Origin: Bacteroidales bacterium
Lineage (GTDB): Bacteria > Bacteroidota > Bacteroidia > Bacteroidales > NBLH01
Assembly: GCA_046329965.1 (NCBI GenBank)
Contig: JAXLTR010000005.1
Location: 371,385 to 435,384 of the forward strand
Direction of reading: 5' to 3'
DNA length: 64,000 nt
The stretch's first letter is position 1. Every line of letters starts with the position of its first letter. The notes under the pieces were generated by a model. It was given only the letters and a program-made list of their open reading frames with translations, had not been told where the DNA came from and did no database searches. A program made the position numbers and the translations under genes. This document shows, piece after piece, positions 38,857 through 48,012 of this stretch.

Positions 38857-40121
38857 TTAGTTGAATTGGATTTCTATTGTATGGATCTCGCCAGAACAAA
38901 GATATCTGACCTTATAACCATAATAATCACAGATTTTTTTTACAAGTGATAGCCCTATTCCTAAAGAATCGTTGTTGGAAGAAGCTTTGGAAAACCTTTC
39001 AAAAAGCAGTTCAGGATCAAAGTTTAGTTTTTGACCTGTATTACGGATTAAGAAAGAACCTGGTTTCATTTCAATTAACAGTTGGCCATTTTCAATATTA
39101 TGCCTGACTGCATTTTTTACCAGGTTGGTAAAAAGTATGTCTGCAAGTTCAGGATTCATTTTAACAACGGGCTCACCAGAGATTTCAAGATTTACATTTA
39201 TCGATTTGGCTTCAATAAAATCTTCAAAAAGCTCAAGTTTTTCATGGGTCAACTTTTTTAAATCGATATTTTGCTTTGCAGGAAATTGGTTGTGTTCAAG
39301 CTTTGTAAACAGGGTAAGGGCTTTTATTACTTTCGAAAGCCTGATGGTTTCGTTTTTTATTTCGCCCGCAAGTTTCATCTGGTTTTCGTTCGACGCAATA
39401 TCCTGCAGAACCAGGTCAGCTTTTGTACGGATTATTGCAAGGGGAGTTTGCATTTCGTGTGTGAGATTGCCTGTGAAATCTTTTAAACCCTGGAAATCGG
39501 AACTTATTTTGTTTATCATTTTATTCAGCACTTCGTTGAGCTGGTTGAATTCGATAATCATTGATTCCGTAAAATCAAGCTTTTCGGGAGATGAAATATC
39601 AAAATGATGGATTTTATCAATGGTTGAAAAAAATCGGACCATATCCTGCCAAAAAAATACCTGTAAAGAAAATAAACGGCCAGCAGGAAAACAATAACAA
39701 TAAGGGTTATAGTGATAGCAATCTGTTCAATAAGGTAATCGGATTGTATGGTGGACTTATAAATTGAAATTTTAAAAACATGTTGGTTGTATTCGTGGAA
39801 AAAACTAATGCATTTGTAAGGGGTATATTTTTTTTCCGGGTTATCGAATACAAGGGTATCAGAAAACTGAATTTTTCTTACGTCATTTGGTTTTGCCAGT
39901 TCAATTTTCACCAATCCCCCGGTAACAAAAACCGCCCTTTCGAAATTTTCGCCCAGGTGCAGTAAATCATGCGAAATACGATACATTTGGTCAGTAAGCT
40001 CATTTTTAACATTATTTTCTTCGAGCCTCTTTACCAACTGGTAAATAACCACGCCACTTATAAAAAATGTAAATAAGGAAACCGTGATATAATAGAGGGT
40101 GGTTTTTGTCAACAATTTCAT
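38857..40121 (-). pseudogene. sensor histidine kinase disrupted by a frameshift (or sequencing error) at an A7/T7 homopolymer (around 39627-39633)
   Basis: ORF 39558..40121 encodes the TM/sensor N-terminus. ORF 38857..39642 encodes HisKA (HEMQTPLAIIR) plus HATPase_c in the +1 frame. One extra T in the T7 run would restore a single roughly 430-aa kinase. Confidence 0.6.
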
Positions 40122-40160
40122 TTAAATCAGGATTTTAAGAGGTGAATAACGGGTATAATA

Positions 40161-40841
40161 TCAATCGGTGATTTGGAATTTATAACCAATCCCGTAAATT
40201 GTCTGTATATATTCCTGTAAACCATGCTCCTGAAGTTTTTTGCGGAGGTTTTTAATATGCGCATATACAAAGTCGTAAGAATCAGCCATATCTATGCTAT
40301 CGCCCCATAAATGCTCGGCTATGGTTTCTTTGTCAATTACCCTGTTGCTGTTTGAAATAAAAAACAACAACAAATTGAATTCTTTTTTTGTAAGATCAAG
40401 ATATTCTTCATTGGCTTTTATTTTAAATTCATCGGGATAAATGGTAAGATTGCCTGCTTCAATTATGTTGTTTCCACCAAAATTCATTCTTCTTATCAGC
40501 GATTTAATCCTTGCATTTAGTTCAGCCAGGTCGAACGGTTTTACCAGGTAATCATCTGCCCCGAGGTTTAGTCCGGCAATACGATCGTCAATGGTATCGC
40601 GGGCTGAAATGATGATAATTCCTGTTTGGGCATTTTCTTTTTTTATAAGTTTTATAATGTCGAAGCCTGATCCATCAGGAAGGTTAATATCTACCAAAGC
40701 ACAGTTGTACTTGTAAACGGATACTTTTTCTATGGCATCTTTATAATTATTTGCAGTTTCACAAACAAATCCATTCAACCTGCAATAGGATGCAATGGAA
40801 TCAGCCAGGCTTAATTCATCTTCAACCAGTAATATTTTCAT
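40161..40841 (-). CDS. OmpR-family response regulator (REC plus winged-helix)
   Basis: 226 aa. MKILLVEDE ... DINLPDGSGFD ... KP. C-terminal trans_reg_C (YGIGYKF). Confidence 0.8.
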   Translation of the reverse strand: MKILLVEDELSLADSIASYCRLNGFVCETANNYKDAIEKVSVYKYNCALVDINLPDGSGFDIIKLIKKENAQTGIIIISARDTIDDRIAGLNLGADDYLVKPFDLAELNARIKSLIRRMNFGGNNIIEAGNLTIYPDEFKIKANEEYLDLTKKEFNLLLFFISNSNRVIDKETIAEHLWGDSIDMADSYDFVYAHIKNLRKKLQEHGLQEYIQTIYGIGYKFQITD

Positions 40842-41194
40842 TGAAATATTTTAATAATTAAAATATCATACGAAGATAAGCTTTCTGGATAATAAATCTG
40901 AAAGATTATAATACCATGTGTTTGGCACGAAACCAATTTAAATTTTAGATTATTGCATTTGAACAATAATTTATGAGGTTTATGCAGAAGTTTTATAAAG
41001 CATTTTTGCAATTTTAATTTAAAAAATTACATTTACCGCGAATTTGTTTTCACCGTTCACATTAGCGGTTAATCCTGAAAAGAAATTAAACTGTCATTCA
41101 AAATAACTGGTAGAAATAAAATTTTCTGATTATTATTTGGCAATTTGTAAAAATTAATACATTTATCGAAAAAAAAAATCTTAATAATTGACTT

Positions 41195-41542
41195 ATGAAA
41201 ACCAATAAACCAAAGGTAATCAAGGACTTTGAAAAACTTGAACCTGAAATACAGGAGCAAATAAAATTGCTATATCCCGATGGTTTTTACAACCACCTGG
41301 TGTATTACACCAATAAAGAAGGATTAAGCGTATCAGCCCTGCCCTTTGAAACAGATGACAGATACTACCTTGTACGGATGACGGTAAACCAGGCCAAAGC
41401 AATTATCGAAGAGGAAGAGGAAGAATACGATTTGGATGGCAATTTAAAAGATGAAGCGAAGGATAAGTACGATGAAAAGTTTTCGGATATGGATTACCTG
41501 TCTGAACAAATTTCTGACCAGGATGTGGAAGATGAAGAGTAG
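41195..41542 (+). CDS. hypothetical acidic protein
   Basis: 115 aa with a highly acidic C-terminus (EEEEEEYDLD ... DVEDEE). Preceded by an A10 tract. Confidence 0.4.
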   Translation: MKTNKPKVIKDFEKLEPEIQEQIKLLYPDGFYNHLVYYTNKEGLSVSALPFETDDRYYLVRMTVNQAKAIIEEEEEEYDLDGNLKDEAKDKYDEKFSDMDYLSEQISDQDVEDEE

Positions 41543-41751
41543 TTTCCCTGGTTATTGAAATAATTCATTGGCTGTAACATAATAATTTTCAGAATGTAAT
41601 GTAAATCAAACCAACCCAAATATTTTATTCTTTCCTATTAAGAATTAGCAATTTACCCTATACCATACCCAAATGCATTTCCGGATTCAATCCGGATTTT
41701 TTTTTCCTTAGCTTAAAGGACTTTAAAAACTTTAAAAAAAATCACCTCGCG

Positions 41752-41781
41752 TTGCAGAAACCTTATCTGGACGCGAGGTGA
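41752..41781. terminator. bidirectional rho-independent terminator-like hairpin
   Basis: Perfect 10-bp stem TCACCTCGCG / CGCGAGGTGA with a 10-nt loop. Flanked by A8 on the left and a T-rich run on the right. Sits between convergent genes 41195..41542 (+) and 41817..43859 (-). Confidence 0.6.
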
Positions 41782-41816
41782 AAGTTTTTATCAAATTTAC
41801 CAATACAGTGCTGGAA

Positions 41817-43859
41817 TTATGAAAAATCTGGATTTAACTTATTGCCCTCCGTTTTATCTTTCGCAATTGCATTAGTTAGATAAGCTGAAAGCAGGCTGCT
41901 GAAATTCTCACCCCCTTGAACCAAAAAATCCGGCGTAACTTTTACATTGCCCAAAGCTATTTGCTTTGCAATTTCAATGGCGGTTACCCCCTGCTGGCCT
42001 ACTGCTTTATTCTGAAGTTCGTAGGCTTTAGCGGTAGCTTCTCCCATTGCAAGTATTTTAGTCCCTTCTGCTTCGCCTTTGGCTTTTATCCCTTTGGCTT
42101 CCCCTTCGGCTTTCAATCGGATGCTTTCGGCCTCGGCTTCAGCAAACTTAATGGTTTTCTGCTTGTTTTGTTCGGCAATTTTCACTCCAATTTCAGCCTC
42201 CACAAGGTTTTTTTGCTGGTCGGCTTCGGCCCTTGTTTTTTCCATGGCAATGCGGGTTTGTTCGGCGCGTTGCTGGTCTTCGTACATGGTTTGTTGTTGC
42301 TGGGCGATAATTTTTTTAGTTTGAATGTCCATTAAATCCTGTGGAAGATTTATCTGGCAAATTAAAACAGAAACGCATTCTACATGGTATTTTTCCAGTT
42401 CTTCTTTTGCCCTGAATTCTGCTTTTCTCTGTTCCTCCTGCCTGTCCTGCATAAAATTCATGGCCGAGGTGGATGAAGCCTGGTTCCGGAAACTCGAATC
42501 AATCATCGGGTGAATAACATGAATTACAAGGTTTTCGACCGATCCGATTTTAGCAACCATATAGGGCGCCTGGTCGGGCCTGATGCGTATGACTACTTTT
42601 ACCGAAACATTAATTGAAAAACCATCTCTTGAGATAACCTTTAATGGATCAAAACGGGTTTCTTTTGAATCGTCCCAATCGATTGTGATGTTTGTTGTAT
42701 CAACAATATAGGCCATATAAGCCCTGCGGTTAAGGTAATAAAAACCCGGCCCTGCCACTTCCTGTTGTATCCCTCTAAAACCTTTTGGAACAACATATCT
42801 TTCAATTCCCAGATCCAATCGTTTTTCCAAATCTTTCACTTTCGAAGAAAGATCAGCTGAAGTAGTCTCATCTACAGCTTTTTTAACATGAACGGGTTCT
42901 TCACCCACATTGGATACAACCACGGCAACCTGTCCACGCTCCACAACAGCCACGTCGTCGAGTTCAATTTTAAAAATCATGGGGTTGATATAGTAAGTTC
43001 CAGGCTTAAGTACATCGAACTGAGGACCACGCTGGCCGCCTGTACTCAGAAATTTGGATGCATCCTGGTAATCATTATGTCCAACCACCGACTTGGCCAC
43101 ATATTCGTTTTCAGGTAAGGGTTCACCATCCAGAGCTGTAATAAGGCCCACTTTTCGTGGAGGAATAACAGAAGCCTCCCTTATTTCAATTTTAAAAAGA
43201 TCAAGGTTAATTCTGTAAGTACCAGGCAAAAGGATTTCAATCTGCGGCCCTTTTTGTCCGCCATTATTTAGAAAAATCTGCCCGTCTTCAAAATTGGCAT
43301 GCCCGATTACTTTTTTAGCGAGAAGTCTGCCTGGAGGGATAGGTTCACCGTCCATTGAAGTAATTATGCCAATATTTCCTTTATCGATCAGGACTGCCGG
43401 TACATTTTTAATTTTAAACAGTACTGGGTTAATTCTGTAAGTTCCGGGAGGGAGAATTTGGATCTGGGGCCCTTTCTGACCGCCATTCAAAAGAAATTTT
43501 TCCCCATCCTGAAATGCGTTATGGCCTTCTACCACTTTTGCAAAGATTTTACCAGGAGGAACCGGGTCGCCATCGATGGATTCGATGACACCCACTTCGT
43601 TTTCACCGATAACTGTAAACCTGTATTTTTTAACTGCATATAAAAAGGGGATTAACAAATGTAAACCGGGCCCAAGTGTCCGGGCCTGTATCCCAATTTC
43701 ATTTTTCTGTGCAATAACCCTTCCCTGGGGCATTTTCCTCCCAAAATACCTGCGCTCGAGCACTGCTAGTTCAACTCCACCAACCAGTACCAATGACTGG
43801 TATAAAATAATGAGTACAGCCACGGTACCAATAGCTATTGTAATAAGTGGTAAGTCCAT
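41817..43859 (-). CDS. flotillin-family (SPFH/band-7) protein with three N-terminal tandem ~95-aa repeats
   Basis: 680 aa. N-terminal TM. Triple repeat (G[DE]P[VIL]PPG...GH..F.DG..FL..GGQ[KR]GPQ...L.PGTY.IN). SPFH domain. C-terminal Ala/Glu-rich flotillin coiled coil (AEAEAESIRLKAEGEAKG). Confidence 0.7.
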   Translation of the reverse strand: MDLPLITIAIGTVAVLIILYQSLVLVGGVELAVLERRYFGRKMPQGRVIAQKNEIGIQARTLGPGLHLLIPFLYAVKKYRFTVIGENEVGVIESIDGDPVPPGKIFAKVVEGHNAFQDGEKFLLNGGQKGPQIQILPPGTYRINPVLFKIKNVPAVLIDKGNIGIITSMDGEPIPPGRLLAKKVIGHANFEDGQIFLNNGGQKGPQIEILLPGTYRINLDLFKIEIREASVIPPRKVGLITALDGEPLPENEYVAKSVVGHNDYQDASKFLSTGGQRGPQFDVLKPGTYYINPMIFKIELDDVAVVERGQVAVVVSNVGEEPVHVKKAVDETTSADLSSKVKDLEKRLDLGIERYVVPKGFRGIQQEVAGPGFYYLNRRAYMAYIVDTTNITIDWDDSKETRFDPLKVISRDGFSINVSVKVVIRIRPDQAPYMVAKIGSVENLVIHVIHPMIDSSFRNQASSTSAMNFMQDRQEEQRKAEFRAKEELEKYHVECVSVLICQINLPQDLMDIQTKKIIAQQQQTMYEDQQRAEQTRIAMEKTRAEADQQKNLVEAEIGVKIAEQNKQKTIKFAEAEAESIRLKAEGEAKGIKAKGEAEGTKILAMGEATAKAYELQNKAVGQQGVTAIEIAKQIALGNVKVTPDFLVQGGENFSSLLSAYLTNAIAKDKTEGNKLNPDFS

Positions 43860-43888
43860 AACAATATATATTAAAAAAAACCTAAAAA

Positions 43889-44572
43889 TTAATTATAAAG
43901 AGTTATTTCCCAGTTTCCAGGTTGTTTGATAACAATTTCAAACTCGCAGGATATTGATGCTGAATTTAGTGCATTAAGTGTTCGATAATTGATTTTACAT
44001 GTAAGTGGAAATTCAACATTTTCGTAACCGGTTTTGTTTCCTACGCTATAATTTGTTCCGCTGGAGGAGAAAAAAAACAGTCCAGAGATATTTGGATTAT
44101 TGCCCCCGGCCTGCTTAAACTCTACCAAAACCCTCTCAGGTAAATTACCATTCTTTTTTACAGTATATCTTATTATACTTGAATTTCTATATACAGTATA
44201 AGGATCAGGAATTATTTCCCTAATATAAATGTCGTCTTTCCACATGCCATTTGAAACACTATCGCGGCCAAGAACTTTTATTGTATATTTTCCTTCGCCG
44301 TTTCTTTTGCCTTCTTTCCATTCACCATCATAAATTTCGCCGGTTGACCAGGTATAAATCCCTTGTCCACTCGGCAATCCTTTTTTAAAATTGCCTGTGT
44401 ATTTATCTTTGCCTTCGGCAACCCCTTTACCATGTGCAAGTCCATTTTTGCATTCGCCGGTATATTTATCAGCAATTTCCGTTTTAAGTACCTTGCATGT
44501 TTCCTGGCCTGCAGTATTAAGCCAAAACAACGTACCTATCAGGGTGATTAAAACTTCCAGTTTCTTTTTCAT
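43889..44572 (-). CDS. MORN-repeat protein, secreted
   Basis: 227 aa with signal peptide. MORN repeats (YTGNFKKGLPSGQGIYTWSTGEIYDGEWKEGKRNGEGKYT). Confidence 0.6.
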   Translation of the reverse strand: MKKKLEVLITLIGTLFWLNTAGQETCKVLKTEIADKYTGECKNGLAHGKGVAEGKDKYTGNFKKGLPSGQGIYTWSTGEIYDGEWKEGKRNGEGKYTIKVLGRDSVSNGMWKDDIYIREIIPDPYTVYRNSSIIRYTVKKNGNLPERVLVEFKQAGGNNPNISGLFFFSSSGTNYSVGNKTGYENVEFPLTCKINYRTLNALNSASISCEFEIVIKQPGNWEITLYN

Positions 44573-44751
44573 TCGTCTGTTTTTTTGGATTTAAACTTTG
44601 TTGAGGATTCGTTAACATTAAACTGTTGTCGTATGTTTGAATAGACCCCCTGAAATGTAAATCCGGAATATTTGGAATAAATCCCAGGGGGAATTCATCA
44701 TTGATTATTTGCGCTAATTCACTGTAATAGAAATTAGGGATCCTTTTTTCA

Positions 44752-46821
44752 TCACATCCCCAGCTGGTTAAACAAAAATTCAAAAATAAACAGTGAATTG
44801 TCAATCCGTTGTTTGGTGCTTTGTCCGCTTCCGTGGCCACTGTCGTAATCCATATGAAGAATTACGGGATTTATTTGGCCCGGATTATTCTGGGCAGCAG
44901 CCACAAATTTCTTGGCATTCATCGGATCGACGCGGCTGTCGTTTGCCCCAGAAGTAACAAGCATGGTGGGCAAATTCACACCTAACCTGATATTATGATA
45001 AGGCGAATAGCGAAGTAACCACCTGAAATCTGCTTCATTTTCAGATGAACCATATTCAGGTATCCAATACCTTGCAATCAGGAATTTGTGGTACCTGAGC
45101 ATATCCAACAATGGCACGGCACAGATAATAGCTTTATATAAATCCGGACGCTGGGTTGAAACAGCCCCCATTAGTAAACCCCCATTGCTTCCACCTTCGG
45201 CAACTATTTTCGAAGGTTTTGTATAATTTTCCTTAATGAGCCATTCGGCACAGGAATTAAAATCATCAAAACAGTTTTGTTTATTGGCAAGCATTCCGCC
45301 TTCGTGCCATTTTTCGCCATATTCATCGCCACCTCTTATTCCAGGCTCCACCACCACTCCACCACGGTTGATGAAAGGGGCATAGTAACCAAAAAAACCT
45401 GGTGAAATTCCAATGTTAAATCCACCATAAGCTGTCAACAAAACAGGGTTATTTCCGTCCAGCTTCATATCTTTTCGATGAACAATAAATACTGGTACTT
45501 TGGTACCGTCTTTGGAGTTGTAAAATTTAATTTCACCAACAATATTGCTCATGTCCACAGGTAAGGTGCGCTGGAAATAAAGCCTCCATTTAAAATCGGA
45601 AGGAGAAGCAACATAGGTTTTTGGGGTTGAAGTAAAGGTAGACAAGGTAATGTATACCGAATCTTCTTCCCTGTCGTATGAAACGCCGTCAACATTCCCG
45701 ATATCGGGTAATTCGATTTGTTTAATTTTGTTTCCGCTTAAATCATACAAGGTAAGCCTGCTCAGAATGTCTTTTTTATCCTGGATAATTAAGTTCGATT
45801 TGGTGACAACATAGTTTTGCATCACTGTTTCACTTTCAGGGATGAGCACTTTCCAGTTTTCATGTTCAGGTTTACTTTTATCAGCCACCATCAATTTAAA
45901 ATTTGGTGCATTTTCATTGGTCATGATATAAAAAACATTACCAATGGCTTCGGGATAAGCCCTGAATTTGTCGCTCTTATAAATCAGTTTGCCTTCTTCG
46001 CCTGAGCCCGTGGTTTTCATTTTGCAGCTGTTTGAATAAAAATCAGCTTCCCCGAAAAAAGTAACATCGCTGTAGCGGTTATCGTAAATGTAAAAAGAGT
46101 TTTTTGCATCGGCTGTGGAACCTACAAAAACTGCTTTTTCAAACGGATCGCCTATTTTAAGCAAATAGGTTTTAAGCGGGCTTTGTGCTTTTATGTCTTC
46201 GGGTGTGCGAATGGTGATGTAGGCATGCTGCTGGTCTTTTGTCCAGTCAAAACCAAATGTATTCATGATTGGCTTATAAAGTATTTTGCCGGTTTTGGTT
46301 TCGATTATATACGTAGTAGTCACTTCAGCACCGCTTTTCTGAACGCTGACAGCAGCTCTTTCCCCATCGTAGGTATATTGAACTCCACTGGTAGAAGTAC
46401 TTCCTGTGGTATCAAGTTTTACCGGATCCCAAATTAATACTTTTTTACCTTTCAGGATGGTGTATAACTTCCCCTGTTTTTCGCCCTTACGCTTTATATT
46501 TTGAAATACGCGTTTTCCTACTTTGGTAAGCGGGCCTTCATAATCAAGGTCGAGGTAGGCGGCAATTTCATCACGTAGTCCCGGATGACTTTTTTGGGTC
46601 GCTTTAAGGTATTCAATTCCATAATTGTGCTGGGCCAGTGTCCAGTCAATAACCTTTTGATCAGACTTATCCTCTAACCAGCGGTAATTGTCCTGAAGCA
46701 GCATTCCATGAAGCGTGTCGACCACTGGAACGCTTTGCGTAGCGGGAGGTGCAAATTTTGTTTGCGATAACCCAAATACATGGATAAGTAAAATTGAGAT
46801 AATGATTCCTGTCTTTTTCAT
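44752..46821 (-). CDS. prolyl oligopeptidase family S9A serine peptidase
   Basis: 689 aa with signal peptide. N-terminal propeller. C-terminal alpha/beta hydrolase with nucleophile GGSNGGLLMGA and an Asp/His region. Confidence 0.8.
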   Translation of the reverse strand: MKKTGIIISILLIHVFGLSQTKFAPPATQSVPVVDTLHGMLLQDNYRWLEDKSDQKVIDWTLAQHNYGIEYLKATQKSHPGLRDEIAAYLDLDYEGPLTKVGKRVFQNIKRKGEKQGKLYTILKGKKVLIWDPVKLDTTGSTSTSGVQYTYDGERAAVSVQKSGAEVTTTYIIETKTGKILYKPIMNTFGFDWTKDQQHAYITIRTPEDIKAQSPLKTYLLKIGDPFEKAVFVGSTADAKNSFYIYDNRYSDVTFFGEADFYSNSCKMKTTGSGEEGKLIYKSDKFRAYPEAIGNVFYIMTNENAPNFKLMVADKSKPEHENWKVLIPESETVMQNYVVTKSNLIIQDKKDILSRLTLYDLSGNKIKQIELPDIGNVDGVSYDREEDSVYITLSTFTSTPKTYVASPSDFKWRLYFQRTLPVDMSNIVGEIKFYNSKDGTKVPVFIVHRKDMKLDGNNPVLLTAYGGFNIGISPGFFGYYAPFINRGGVVVEPGIRGGDEYGEKWHEGGMLANKQNCFDDFNSCAEWLIKENYTKPSKIVAEGGSNGGLLMGAVSTQRPDLYKAIICAVPLLDMLRYHKFLIARYWIPEYGSSENEADFRWLLRYSPYHNIRLGVNLPTMLVTSGANDSRVDPMNAKKFVAAAQNNPGQINPVILHMDYDSGHGSGQSTKQRIDNSLFIFEFLFNQLGM

Positions 46822-47035
46822 AAAGTTTGTTTTTATTTAATTCAAAAATAATATAATTAAAATCAATAACCGTGGGAATTAATCATGATTTTTACAGATA
46901 CCCGTAAGATTTTAAAAATCTGTATTATCCTGGTTTTAAAAATCTTCATTTTCGGCCATTGCAAATCTTATATTTTAAACAACAGGTTTAAACAACAAAA
47001 AAAGACTTTACTTTTGTAGCCTTTGAAAAAAGAAA

Positions 47036-48001
47036 ATGAACAACAGGACCAGGGCACTAAATTTTACGGAAATCCAGATAAGAAGGGTACTTTCGTGTAT
47101 CCAGGACGCCATTAAACCTGCACTTAAAACGCTAGGCTGGTTATTCAGATGGATGATCCCGGTATCGCTTTTTGTTACACTGCTTGATTATTCGGGAGTA
47201 TTGGTCGTTATCTCCGATTTGCTCAATCCCGTTTTCAACCTGGTGGGATTATCCGGACAATGTTCGCTGGTGTTTATCACCGCAATATTGTTACATCTCT
47301 ATTCAGCCATTGCAGTAATTGGAAGCCTGTCATTAAACATGCGCGAAATTACCATACTTGCCATTATGTGCCTGATTGCCCATAATTTGATTATTGAAAC
47401 CATGGTGCAGAAAAAAACGGGATCGTCGGCTATCAGGATGCTTGTTTTGCGGATTGGGGCTGCTTTTTTTGCCGCCTGGGTTTTTAACCTGCTCCTGCCA
47501 AATCAGCTTCAGGAAAAGGTTTACCATTTAACCGCCCCGGTTAACAATCTTGGTTTTACACAAATGCTGGCCGTCTGGGGATTAAATACTTTTCAACTGG
47601 TACTTAAAGTTACTGCCTTTGTTTTTTCAATTATAATTATTCAGCGGGTTTTGGTTGAATTCGGGGTATTAAAATGGCTTTCGGTAGTTTTTACGCCCTT
47701 TATGAAAATTTTAGGGCTTTCGGAGAAATCTTCGTTTTTATGGATTGTTGCCAATGTAATTGGGCTTATGTACGGTGCAGCTATTATGTTTGATGAACTG
47801 AACAAGGGGAAAATTTCAAGGAAGGATTGTGATTTATTAAACCACCATGTGGCCATTTCGCACAGCCTGCTCGAGGACACTTTATTGTTTGTGGCCCTTG
47901 GGGTAAGCGGCTGGTGGATTATTGTTCCAAGAATTTTACTGGCCATCCCTGTGGTTTGGGTGACAAAAACTGTAAACGAAAAGTCGTTAAAACCTGCCTG
48001 A
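47036..48001 (+). CDS. nucleoside-recognition (Gate) domain membrane protein
   Basis: 321 aa. Multi-TM. Two Gate-like halves. Family call is tentative. Confidence 0.45.
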   Translation: MNNRTRALNFTEIQIRRVLSCIQDAIKPALKTLGWLFRWMIPVSLFVTLLDYSGVLVVISDLLNPVFNLVGLSGQCSLVFITAILLHLYSAIAVIGSLSLNMREITILAIMCLIAHNLIIETMVQKKTGSSAIRMLVLRIGAAFFAAWVFNLLLPNQLQEKVYHLTAPVNNLGFTQMLAVWGLNTFQLVLKVTAFVFSIIIIQRVLVEFGVLKWLSVVFTPFMKILGLSEKSSFLWIVANVIGLMYGAAIMFDELNKGKISRKDCDLLNHHVAISHSLLEDTLLFVALGVSGWWIIVPRILLAIPVVWVTKTVNEKSLKPA

Positions 48002-48012
48002 TTCCGGCTTGT

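Noticed and set aside
39125-39607. 160-aa plus-strand ORF across the histidine-kinase frameshift region
   Set aside because: It is antisense to the kinase coding sequence. The kinase halves explain the region, and the frameshift interpretation is more parsimonious.
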